Shown here one piece after another: positions 8,932 to 17,689 of a stretch of DNA of 63,367 nucleotides. Origin of the DNA: Polyangia bacterium. GTDB taxonomy: Bacteria; Myxococcota_A; Polyangia; Fen-1088. Both the position numbers and the translations under genes were made by a program. The DNA is taken from positions 1-63,367 of the forward strand of contig DASRLC010000143.1 in NCBI GenBank assembly GCA_035648655.1. Reading direction: 5' to 3'. The stretch's first letter is position 1. Each line of letters opens with the position of its first letter. The notes beneath the pieces are model-generated. The model was not told where the DNA came from. It made no database searches and saw only the letters and a program-made list of their open reading frames with translations.

Positions 8932-10049
8932 GAAATCGGCCGCCCAAGAAGCCCATCGGCCGACGGCTCCGCGACCCCGCGGTCCTCTTGGCGGCCGCCA
9001 TCGGCCTCGCCGCGATCGCGCCCGAGCGCCCCGCCTTCGCCCATGCGGTCGGCGTCTCCAGCGGCGAATACCGCCTCGACGGCCAGGTGCTCTACGGCGA
9101 TATTGGCATGGCCGGTCGGGAGCTTGCCCGCTGGCTGCCGGAGATCGACACGGACCACGACGGGGCGATCGCCCCCGAGGAGCTGGCCGCGGGCCGCACG
9201 GCCGTGGCGCGCGCGCTGGTAGGGGGGCTGACCGTCGAGGCCGACGACAAGGCCTGCACCGGATCGCTCGACCGGGCGTGGGTACTGGAGGGTGAGGGCG
9301 GCGTCGTCTTCCAGGTCCGTTACAGCTGCCCCACGGTTCCCCGTCCCCTCACGCTCGGCATGCCGCTGCTCGACGCGCTGGCCCCGCGGCATCGCCACCT
9401 GGCGCGGGTGTTCCGCGCCGGCAAGGCCCAAACCAAGGTACTGGATCGCGCCCACGCCACCTGGACCCTCGACGACGCGCGCGGGACCTCGAGCGCGGCC
9501 GTGATGGCCTGGTCGATGCTGAAGCTCGGGATCGAGCATATCCTCACCGGCGCCGATCACCTGGCCTTCTTGGTAGGTCTCATCCTGGTGGGCGGCAGGC
9601 TCCGATCGCTGATCGGCGTGGTGAGCGCCTTCACGCTCGCGCATTCGATCACGCTGGCGCTCGCCGCGCTCTCGATCTTCGCGCCCAGCCCGCGCCTCGT
9701 CGAGCCCGCGATCGCGCTCTCGATCGCGTACGTCGGCGTCGAAAACCTCTTCGTCAAGGACACCCGCCACCGCTGGCGAATCAGCTTCGTGTTCGGCCTC
9801 ATCCACGGGTTCGGCTTCGCGGGCGCGCTGCGGGAGATCGGGCTGCCGCACGGACAGGTGCCGATCGCCCTCGTCTCGTTCAACCTGGGCGTCGAGATCG
9901 GGCAGCTCGGCGTCCTCTCGGTCGCTTTACCCCTCACGCTGGCCGCGCGCCGCGCCCCTTGGTTCGGAGACCGGGGAGTAAAGGCGCTGAGCTTGGCCAT
10001 CGCCATCGGTGGCGGCATGTTGTTTGTGGTTCGGCTCGTCGCCCGATAA
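8928..10049 (+). CDS. HupE/UreJ-like membrane protein with periplasmic N-terminal domain
   Basis: Signal peptide, an EF-hand-like 'DTDHDGAIAPEEL', then 'GADHLAFLVGL', 'FTLAHSITLA' and 'GLIHGFGFAGAL' TM motifs. ATGA overlap with the CCP stop. Confidence 0.7.
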   Translation: MRNRPPKKPIGRRLRDPAVLLAAAIGLAAIAPERPAFAHAVGVSSGEYRLDGQVLYGDIGMAGRELARWLPEIDTDHDGAIAPEELAAGRTAVARALVGGLTVEADDKACTGSLDRAWVLEGEGGVVFQVRYSCPTVPRPLTLGMPLLDALAPRHRHLARVFRAGKAQTKVLDRAHATWTLDDARGTSSAAVMAWSMLKLGIEHILTGADHLAFLVGLILVGGRLRSLIGVVSAFTLAHSITLALAALSIFAPSPRLVEPAIALSIAYVGVENLFVKDTRHRWRISFVFGLIHGFGFAGALREIGLPHGQVPIALVSFNLGVEIGQLGVLSVALPLTLAARRAPWFGDRGVKALSLAIAIGGGMLFVVRLVAR

Positions 10050-10079
10050 TCGGTTGACGATCGGTCGAGGGCCGGGCGA

Positions 10080-12254
10080 TCAGCCCTTGGCGACCACCTG
10101 CAGGGCGTGGCGGATGGCTCGTTCGAGGACCTCGAGCTGCGCGCCGCGGGCGGGCTCGCCCTCGGGGGCAACACGCCGGACATAGGTGCCGTCGGAGCTC
10201 ATGTCATGGGCGAAGGCGTTGTCGACCAGTCCGGGCTCCAGGGTCTCCTTGCGGATCTGCTCGCGCAGCGCCTCCGAATGGACTGGGAACAGCAGCTCGA
10301 CGCGACGGTGAAGGTTGCGCGGCATCCAGTCGGCGGACGACAAGAAGAACTCCTCCTCGCCCGGTGGGCCAAACACGCTCACCCGCTCGTGCTCCAGAAA
10401 CCGGCCGAGGATCGAAAAGACGCGGATATTCTCGGAGACGCCGGTGACGCCGGGCCGCAGGCAGCAGATCCCCCGCACGCACAGCGTGATTCGGACCCCC
10501 GCCCCGGACGCCCGGTAAAGAGCCTGGATCACTTCCAGGTCCACGAGCGCGTTCATCTTGGCGAAGATCGCCGCCGGCTTTCCGGCGCGCGCCCGCTCCG
10601 CCTGGGCCTCGATCTTGGTCAACAGGGCGTCCGCCAGCGCGGTCGGCGCGACCACCAGCTTGCGGTAGCGGTCCTTCTTCGTGAACCCCGAGAGCGAGTT
10701 GAAGAACTCCGACACATCCTCGCCGAACTCGGGATCGGCCGTCAGGATGCCGAGATCGGTGTAGAGCCGTGACGTTGCTTCGTTGTAGTTGCCGGTCGAA
10801 AGGTGGACGTAGCGCCGCAGCCCTTCGCCCTCGCGCCGCACCACCAAGGCCGCCTTGGCGTGGGTCTTCAGCTCGGCGTGGCCGAAGAAGACGTGCGCGC
10901 CGGCCCGCTCCAGCGCGCGCGCCCACGCGATGTTGTTCTCCTCGTCGAAGCGGGCTTTGATCTCGACCGAGACCGCGACCTGCTTGTGGTTCTCCGCGGC
11001 GCGGATCAAGAGCCGCACCACCTCGGCGTCGGCGCCGGTACGGTAAAGGGTCATCTTGATCGCCAGGACGTCGGGGTCCTCGGCGGCCAGACGCAGGAAG
11101 GAAAGCACCGGGCCGAACGAGTCGTAAGGATGATGCAGGAGCACGTCGCCCTTGCGGATCACGCCGAACAGATCGGCGCTCTCAGCGAGCTCGACCGGGA
11201 TGCGCCCAACAAAGGGGGGATCGCGTAGGTCGGCGTGGGCGATGGTCGCAATGGACAGTAGGGCGCGCTGGCCGAGCGGCCCGGTCGACTCGTACACCTC
11301 CGCCTCGTCGATGGACAGCTTCTCGATCAAGAGCTGACGCACCCGCTGGGGGATGCCAGCGGTGACCTCGAGGCGCACGCAGGCGCCGAACCGGCGCCGT
11401 CGGATCTCGCGGTCGACGATTGCGAGGAGATCGTGCGCCTCCTCCTCGAGAATGTCGTAGTCCATGTCGCGCGTGACCCGGAACGGATAGGTTCCGAGGA
11501 TCTCCATCCCCGGAAAAAGCTGGTCGAGGTTGGCGGCCAGGAGCTGTTCGAGCGGCAGAAATTCGTGGCTCCCCTCGGCGCTGCCAGCGCGCGCCGGGTC
11601 GAAGCTCTCGAGCGGCACGAAGCGGGGGAGGATCTCGGGGACCTTGATGCGGGCGAATTTCCGCTCCTTGGTCTCCGGATCACGCGCCTCGACGGCCAGC
11701 GAGATCGACAGGTTGGACAGGAACGGAAACGGGTGCCCGGGATCGACGGCCAGCGGCGTCACGACGGGGAACACCGAGCGCCGGAAGTACTTGCGAGCCA
11801 GGCGTCGGCTGTCGGCGTCGAGCGAATCCCAGTCGCGGATCCGAATCCCGCGCGCAGCCAGCGACGGGAGCAGGTCGTCGGCCAGCAGCGCGGCCGCGGT
11901 ATCGAGCTGGGCGCGGATGATCTGGCCGAGACGGGCCAGCTGCTCGCGGTCGCCGAGCCCATCGGGGTTGGTCTCGACCAACGCCGCGGCCTCGACCTGT
12001 TCGCGCAGCCCCGAGACGCGAATCATGAAGAACTCGTCCAAGTTCGAGGCGTAGATGGCCAGGAACTTGAGGCGTTCGAGCAGAGGCAGACGCGCATCGA
12101 GCGCTTGGGCGAGCACCCGCCCGTTGAATGCCAGCCAAGATGTCTCCCGATTGATGTAGAGCGCCGGGTCCGTTAGGTCGGCGCGCGGGACGGCCACGGC
12201 TGCGCGGGCGGCGACCTCGTCCTCGTCCTTCTTCTCGGCCTGGGTCTGCTGCAT
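10080..12254 (-). CDS. ppk: polyphosphate kinase 1
   Basis: 'YINRETSWLAFNGRVL', 'LKFLAIYASNLDEFFMIRV' and the PLD-like 'KTHAKAALV'. The ORF extends to a GTG at 12407, but the Met at about 12254 ('MQQTQAEKK') fits PPK1 length better. Confidence 0.9.
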   Translation of the reverse strand: MQQTQAEKKDEDEVAARAAVAVPRADLTDPALYINRETSWLAFNGRVLAQALDARLPLLERLKFLAIYASNLDEFFMIRVSGLREQVEAAALVETNPDGLGDREQLARLGQIIRAQLDTAAALLADDLLPSLAARGIRIRDWDSLDADSRRLARKYFRRSVFPVVTPLAVDPGHPFPFLSNLSISLAVEARDPETKERKFARIKVPEILPRFVPLESFDPARAGSAEGSHEFLPLEQLLAANLDQLFPGMEILGTYPFRVTRDMDYDILEEEAHDLLAIVDREIRRRRFGACVRLEVTAGIPQRVRQLLIEKLSIDEAEVYESTGPLGQRALLSIATIAHADLRDPPFVGRIPVELAESADLFGVIRKGDVLLHHPYDSFGPVLSFLRLAAEDPDVLAIKMTLYRTGADAEVVRLLIRAAENHKQVAVSVEIKARFDEENNIAWARALERAGAHVFFGHAELKTHAKAALVVRREGEGLRRYVHLSTGNYNEATSRLYTDLGILTADPEFGEDVSEFFNSLSGFTKKDRYRKLVVAPTALADALLTKIEAQAERARAGKPAAIFAKMNALVDLEVIQALYRASGAGVRITLCVRGICCLRPGVTGVSENIRVFSILGRFLEHERVSVFGPPGEEEFFLSSADWMPRNLHRRVELLFPVHSEALREQIRKETLEPGLVDNAFAHDMSSDGTYVRRVAPEGEPARGAQLEVLERAIRHALQVVAKG

Positions 12255-12429
12255 GATCTTCCGGGCACGTGTACCGCGGCCCGCCCCACACTTCTGTCTC
12301 GTTTGCGTGACATTTTGTGGCATCGACCGCACCAGCGCGCTTACGGCCGGCAGCACTCGTGCCAACGATGTTTCGCCGTCGGCACGGGTTTGAAGCGGCG
12401 GGTTCACCGCGCCCCCTTAGCCTGGTCGC

Positions 12430-13248
12430 ATGAAACAGGCCGCGCGATTCGCACACATCTCAGACCTCCACCTCGGACGAAGCGCCGAGACCGATGCCAA
12501 CGCCGCCCTGCTGTGCGCCGCCCTGATGGAGTCCGGAATCGATCAGGTGATCGCCACCGGCGATCTGACCCACCGCGGGTTGCGCCGCGAGCTCGCGCTG
12601 TTCGAGTCGACCTTCGCACCGCTGTTCGCGCAGGGGCGACTGATCGTGGTCCCCGGGAACCACGATTGCCTGGGCGATGACGTGTCGGCCGACTTGATGG
12701 GCGGCCCGCGCGTGCAGACCACGACGCGTCCCGGTCTTTATGTGGTGCGCGTCAATTCGACCGCGCCGCACAACCGATCCTGGATCAACGGTCACGGCAG
12801 TCTCGACGACGCCGATCTGGACGCCATCGATGCCGCGCTGGACGCGGCGCCGGCCGGAGTCCTGGTCGTCATAGCGCTTCACCACCACGTGCTCCCGATG
12901 CCAGATGAGCACGTGGCGGAGCGCCTGTCGTCGTGGCTGGGTTTCGTCTTCACCTCCGAGCTCGCGCGCGGACGCGACCTTTTGACCCGGGTCCGCGGTC
13001 GTTGCGATCTCGTGATACACGGTCACCGCCACGTACCCCGTCGGGCGCGCCTTTTCGGGCCGCCGCGCCCGATGCACGTCTTCAACGCGGGCTCGTCGAC
13101 CGAGCTCGGCCGCGTGCGGGTGTTCGCGCACGACGGGCGCGGGCTGCTGCTCGGCGCTCCGCTCTGGCTCGACGTCCCGACCCCTTGGGATGACGCGGCC
13201 GAAGCCTTCGGGGCCGATTCCAGCTTTCCGGCACGTCTGGCGATCTGA
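12430..13248 (+). CDS. calcineurin-like metallophosphoesterase
   Basis: 'FAHISDLHLG', 'ATGDLTHRG', 'VPGNHD', 'LHHHV' and 'HGHRHVP'. Confidence 0.8.
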   Translation: MKQAARFAHISDLHLGRSAETDANAALLCAALMESGIDQVIATGDLTHRGLRRELALFESTFAPLFAQGRLIVVPGNHDCLGDDVSADLMGGPRVQTTTRPGLYVVRVNSTAPHNRSWINGHGSLDDADLDAIDAALDAAPAGVLVVIALHHHVLPMPDEHVAERLSSWLGFVFTSELARGRDLLTRVRGRCDLVIHGHRHVPRRARLFGPPRPMHVFNAGSSTELGRVRVFAHDGRGLLLGAPLWLDVPTPWDDAAEAFGADSSFPARLAI

Positions 13249-13295
13249 CTTCGGCTGCGGCAGGCTTCTGAGTCGAACGACGAGCGGCTGAATCC

Positions 13296-13314
13296 GAGCG
13301 GGCAACGCCCGCTC
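13296..13314 (+). terminator. possible stem-loop downstream of the metallophosphoesterase gene
   Basis: gagcgggc-aac-gcccgctc, an 8-bp GC-rich stem with a 3-nt loop, 48 nt after the stop. There is no clear U-tract. Confidence 0.3.
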
Positions 13315-13356
13315 CTCGCTTTGGTCAGTCGCCTCACGTAGGATCGGTCTAGTACA

Positions 13357-14142
13357 TTGAAGGGATTCTTGCTGCTGCTCGTCCTGGCCGCCGCGGGCCT
13401 CGCCGGCGTCCTCTACTGGCGGCGGTCCCTCCAGGCGCCGAGCCCGCCGGCCGTCGGTGCCACCGACAGGCCCGCCAAGCAGGGCAAGGAGCGGCGGCGG
13501 CGGCGGCGCGGCGTCCGGCGCCTAGCGCGCAATGGGATCTTCGCCGCGTCGGCGCCGTCGAGCGAAGCGCCTATGGGCGAGGGCTCGTCCCCGGCCTTCG
13601 CCCCACCGCCGCCGCCGCCCGAAGACAGCGCCCCTCTTGCGCCGGGCGGCGCCTCGACCACCGAGGTGCCGCCTTCGGATGTCTTCGGTGCGCTCACGTC
13701 ACCGACGCCGGCCCCGAGCGGCGTGCGGCATCAGCCCATCGACGAGCCGGAACCCGTCAAGCTGCGCGCCGCCGACCTCAAGATCATATGGCAGGGCGAG
13801 GATCTGTCGCGGCCCGAGACCATGAGCCTGGACTTCTCGAAGGACTCCGGCGGGCGCGAGCTGTCGCAGGACGAGATCGACGCGCGCTTCCACACGAAGG
13901 AGGACGCCGTGCTCGGGTGCGTCACGCGCGCGCGGCCCGACGAATACACCTTCGTCCCGGGCCGGGTCACCGTGAGGTTCCGCATCCAGCGCACGGGCGC
14001 CGTGAAGGGCGTACAGGTCGAGGCGCCCGTCATCTTGCAAAAGGGTGGGCTCACCGGCTGTATCAAGGGCGTCGTGGGAGGCCTGCGGTTCCCGGCGTCG
14101 AACATGAGCCAGGTGATCACATATCCGTTTTCCCTTTTGTAG
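13357..14142 (+). CDS. membrane-anchored Pro-rich protein with AgmX/PglI-type (TonB-C-like) C-terminal domain
   Basis: TTG start. N-terminal TM 'FLLLLVLAAAGLAGVLYW', a Pro/Ala-rich linker, and a C-terminus 'VTVRFRIQRTGAVKGVQV...GCIKGVVGGLRFP...VITYPFSL'. Confidence 0.65.
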   Translation: MKGFLLLLVLAAAGLAGVLYWRRSLQAPSPPAVGATDRPAKQGKERRRRRRGVRRLARNGIFAASAPSSEAPMGEGSSPAFAPPPPPPEDSAPLAPGGASTTEVPPSDVFGALTSPTPAPSGVRHQPIDEPEPVKLRAADLKIIWQGEDLSRPETMSLDFSKDSGGRELSQDEIDARFHTKEDAVLGCVTRARPDEYTFVPGRVTVRFRIQRTGAVKGVQVEAPVILQKGGLTGCIKGVVGGLRFPASNMSQVITYPFSLL

Positions 14143-14187
14143 GGGAGCCGTTGTTGCAGCCGGACAGTTAACGCGTCGGCTAGCCGG

Positions 14188-15054
14188 CTAGAACGTGAAC
14201 GTCGTGATCGTCGTGCCCGCGCCCTCGCTGCCGTTGTCGCCCGCATCACTGGCGGCGAACGAACCGGTGAAGGTCTGGAGCGCGTGGCCGGCCACCTCCA
14301 CGGTCACGACGTAGTTGGCGGCGGCGCTCTGGCAATTGGACCAGTTGTCCACCCGAACGGTGTAGGTACCCCGCGGCGCCTTGCCGGTCGGCCAGACGAC
14401 GTGCTCGGCGTCCACGCCGTCGATGGAGCAACCTGCATTGGAGTCCAGGTCGAGAAGCTGGATGGTGTCGTCCGTCGTGAGATAATCGTTGCCGTAGTAG
14501 ACCTCGTTGCCGGTCGGGTCTACCACGTGCAGGTCGAGATCGTTGTCGACGTCCCATGTGAGCGCCACTTCGACGTCACCCGTGCCCACGATCATGATGG
14601 AGGTGGGCGTCGTCTGCGGCGCGCTGACGTCGCCCGCCGAGTCGGCGACCTCGAAGATGATACCCAGCTGGACGCTCGCCGCGCCGCCCTGAGCCGCCGC
14701 CAGCTGCTGGGCAAACGTGAGCAGCACGTCGGCCGCGGTGGTGCCGGTCGGAATCGGGATCTCCCAGTAGCCGCTCTGCCCCTGCACGGCGACGTACACC
14801 GTCACGATCTCGCTGGTCGCCGAGATCTCGAAACTCGTCGAGCCGCCGTTGATACCCATTCCCGTCGTCGGCACGGTCACGGTGATGGTTCCCTGCGGCG
14901 ACGGCAGCGATCCGGTGTGAAACAACGCCGCAGCGCCCCCACCGCTGGCGCCGCTGACGATCTGCTGGGCGTTGTTCCCGCCGCCGCTCGATCCGCCGCA
15001 AGCCGCCATGGCGCACATTGCCAACATCCCGCTCCACCAAGCCATCGTTCGCAT
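14188..15054 (-). CDS. secreted lipoprotein, unknown function (beta-sandwich C-terminal domain)
   Basis: Signal and lipobox 'MLAMCAMAACGGS'. The C-terminal 'LTWDVDNDLDLHVVDPTGNEVYY...GTYTVRVDNW' resembles DUF2135/YfaP-type domains. Confidence 0.65.
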   Translation of the reverse strand: MRTMAWWSGMLAMCAMAACGGSSGGGNNAQQIVSGASGGGAAALFHTGSLPSPQGTITVTVPTTGMGINGGSTSFEISATSEIVTVYVAVQGQSGYWEIPIPTGTTAADVLLTFAQQLAAAQGGAASVQLGIIFEVADSAGDVSAPQTTPTSIMIVGTGDVEVALTWDVDNDLDLHVVDPTGNEVYYGNDYLTTDDTIQLLDLDSNAGCSIDGVDAEHVVWPTGKAPRGTYTVRVDNWSNCQSAAANYVVTVEVAGHALQTFTGSFAASDAGDNGSEGAGTTITTFTF

Positions 15055-15287
15055 CCCGAAATTTTAATGTAGTTGGGGACCCAATGGAATCCCCAAGAAT
15101 CCCGGACCCCGCGAGGTGAGCTGCGCCTCGCTACGGCGTGATTCCGTAGCGGGGTCTTGAGCGCGGCGCTCGTCGCCGTCCGCTTGCGGCCTGCTTCCGC
15201 CGCCGCTACGCTGCCAAGCCGGTGGTCGCCGAGAAAGGGCTGTTCGTCGCTTCGTGCTCTATTACGACGACGCGGCGGCGGCGATTC

Positions 15288-15773
15288 ATGTGGGTCGCCT
15301 GGTGGACCGCGCCGCCCGCGCGTGCGCCCTTTCGCAAACCCGACGCGTCTTCCGGCGGCGCGCGCAGCCACGAAGAAGCTCTGGCGGAGGCGCGCCGCGC
15401 CGTGGGCGGGCCGCTGGTCGAGATCGAGCCGTACTGGGCCCGGGCCTGGGCGCGCGTGCTCCTCGGTCGCCCGCCGTGGGGCGTCCGCGCGGAGGGGGCC
15501 GCCAGCGGCAGCGCCCACGGGCGATCGAGCGGCCGGTCGACCACGGCGATGACGAACGCCGCCCAGGTCACCACGACCTCGATCTGGGAGACGCTCGGCA
15601 TCACCGCGCGCGCAACGGCCGACGACCTGAAGCGCGCATTTCGTCAGCGCGCTCTCGCCACCCACCCCGATCGGGGCGGCGATGCGGAGGCCTTCCGCCA
15701 GGTACAGCGGGCGTTCAAGGAGGCCCAGCGCCGGATCGCCCGCCGCCGTCCTACGCGCATCCGGGCGCGGTGA
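15288..15773 (+). CDS. J-domain (DnaJ-like) protein
   Basis: 'IWETLGITARATADDLKRAFRQRALATHPDRGGDAEAFRQVQRAFKEA' with the HPD tripeptide. High GC3 from the ATG at 15288. Confidence 0.7.
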   Translation: MWVAWWTAPPARAPFRKPDASSGGARSHEEALAEARRAVGGPLVEIEPYWARAWARVLLGRPPWGVRAEGAASGSAHGRSSGRSTTAMTNAAQVTTTSIWETLGITARATADDLKRAFRQRALATHPDRGGDAEAFRQVQRAFKEAQRRIARRRPTRIRAR

Positions 15774-15951
15774 TGGCGATGTTGTTGCTCGAGACGCTCT
15801 CCGGTGACGCGCGGCGCATCGGATCGAGCCCAGTCTCGCGCCCGCGGGCCATTCATTTGACCGCATCCATCAATGCCCGGAAGGTTTTGACCGCCTCTTT
15901 CTTCTCCCTTACAGTATCGCTCCCATTCCCAGGGCGTTGGAGGTTGGACCG

Positions 15952-16584
15952 ATGAAACGAGCGCTGATGTGGTCGTTCCTGTTGGTTGGGTCATTTTCTA
16001 GCCGGAGCGTCTGGGCGCAAGAGCCCCGATTCGGCGACCCAGGGCACGTCGCGATCTCGGCCGAGCGGCTGTTCGGTTTCATACACACCGAGGAGAGCGA
16101 AAATGGCGCGAGCGCTTCCGCCGACTCTTTCAATCTGTTGTCCGCTCCGAGCGCGTTAATCGGGACGGGCTATTCGTGGCCGCGGATCGGTGCCGATGTC
16201 TTCGTCGCGCCCTCCATGAGCGTGGGGATCGCCGCGTCGTACTTCAATGTGTCGCCGAGTGCCGGTTCGATCAGCGGTTTTCAACTCGCGCCTCGTTTTG
16301 GTTATGGCGCAAATGTAACTCCGAAGCTGGCGATCTGGCCGCGTGGTGGAATCACCTATGAGAGGGTCTCCACGGACGTCGGAACGGAATCCACGGGTAC
16401 GCAATCGTTCCTTGCGCTCACGCTCGAAGTACCCTTCGCGATTTTGGTCGTTCCCCGCGCCGCCATCCTGATCGGGCCCACCCTGGATGTCGGCCTCGTC
16501 GGAAGCGCCTCATCCGGCGGTGTCAGCACCGACCAAACGTTCACAGACTTTGGCATTCAAGCCGGGCTGCTCCTGTTCATCTGA
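15952..16584 (+). CDS. secreted beta-strand-rich protein (possible small outer-membrane barrel)
   Basis: 'MKRALMWSFLLVGSFSSRSVWAQE' signal peptide, alternating hydrophobic pattern and an aromatic/hydrophobic C-terminus. Confidence 0.5.
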   Translation: MKRALMWSFLLVGSFSSRSVWAQEPRFGDPGHVAISAERLFGFIHTEESENGASASADSFNLLSAPSALIGTGYSWPRIGADVFVAPSMSVGIAASYFNVSPSAGSISGFQLAPRFGYGANVTPKLAIWPRGGITYERVSTDVGTESTGTQSFLALTLEVPFAILVVPRAAILIGPTLDVGLVGSASSGGVSTDQTFTDFGIQAGLLLFI

Positions 16585-16812
16585 CGCGATGAGCGGGCTC
16601 GCGCCGATTCGCGGGTAAGAGTGGCCACCGCAACTTCCTATATTTGCTCCGTGAAAAATGAGCATCTCGAGCAGGTCGAGGAGCCCACGGCCCCCAGGGC
16701 GACGGCCGATCCCAATGCCGATGGTCAACTACTCGGTCCGCCTGCTTTCCAATCTGGGCCGCGTCGGCGTGCTCGTCATCGACGGGTGGATAGCCAAGCG
16801 AACGTACGCGCA

Positions 16813-17679
16813 TTACGGTAAAAGAGATCTGCGTACTGCTTTCAGCGCCTCACGGCGCTGCGCGCTGCTGCTGGGATAAGTCATTTTTAGAGATTTGAAG
16901 GCGTCGAGGATGATGGCCGACACGATCAGCCGCGCATTCTCTTTGTCGTCGGCGGGTACGACAAACCACGGTGCGTGTTTCGTGCTGGTCGCAGTTAGAC
17001 AGGCCTCATACGCCTTGGCATATTGCTTCCAGAACTTTCTCTCTCGAATGTCGCTCTGGCTGACTTTCCAGTTCTTGTCTGGGTCATCGATGCGATCGAG
17101 AAAGCGTTTTCGCTGCTCCTCCTTCGAGAGATGAAGGAAGAACTTGACGATCCGTGTTCCGTTGCGGTGGAGATGACTCTCGAGGTCCACGATAGAACGA
17201 TATCTCCCCTCCCAGATGTCTTCCCCGATTGCTTTGGTGGGCAGCCCCTCTCCGCGCAGGACCTCAGGATGGACCCGGGCTATCAACACCTCCTCGTAAT
17301 AGGATCGATTGAAGATCCCTATTCGGCCGCGCTCCGGGAGATCGCGGGTGGTGCGCCATAGAAAGTCATGCTCCAATTCGCCGGCGCTTGGATGTTTGAA
17401 GCTGAACACCTGACAGCCTTGCGGATTGACCCCGGACATCACGTGTCTGATGGCCCCGTCCTTCCCCGCCGCGTCCATCGCCTGAAAGATGATCAACAGA
17501 GCGTAGCGGTGCGAAGCGTAGTGAAGCTCCTGATGGGCGCTCAGCTGCGCGATATGCTTGGCCAGAATGCTCTTGTACTGTTCCGATGATTCGTAGAAGG
17601 GCTCGACCTTCGTCGGCCACTTGTCGAGATTGACCTGGTCTCCCGCCCCGACCCGGAACGCCTTGGGATGTATTTTCAT
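16813..17679 (-). CDS. ppk2: polyphosphate kinase 2 family (polyP:nucleotide phosphotransferase)
   Basis: '[13 protein letters not shown]' (Walker-A-like), '[10 protein letters not shown]', and a single-domain size of 288 aa. Confidence 0.9.
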   Translation of the reverse strand: MKIHPKAFRVGAGDQVNLDKWPTKVEPFYESSEQYKSILAKHIAQLSAHQELHYASHRYALLIIFQAMDAAGKDGAIRHVMSGVNPQGCQVFSFKHPSAGELEHDFLWRTTRDLPERGRIGIFNRSYYEEVLIARVHPEVLRGEGLPTKAIGEDIWEGRYRSIVDLESHLHRNGTRIVKFFLHLSKEEQRKRFLDRIDDPDKNWKVSQSDIRERKFWKQYAKAYEACLTATSTKHAPWFVVPADDKENARLIVSAIILDAFKSLKMTYPSSSAQRREALKAVRRSLLP

Positions 17680-17689
17680 TGGGTGCGAT

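Noticed and set aside
15073-15096. A bona fide DosR/DevR box upstream of the lipoprotein gene.
   Set aside because: The half-sites are similar, but the spacing is 4 nt longer than the 20-bp mycobacterial consensus. No DosR-like regulator is visible. It is kept only as a low-interest dyad.
14877-15866. 329-aa minus-strand ORF covering the J-domain locus.
   Set aside because: It has no motif and an Arg/Ala/Pro-rich composition. The plus frame has an unmistakable J-domain with HPD and good GC3 bias.
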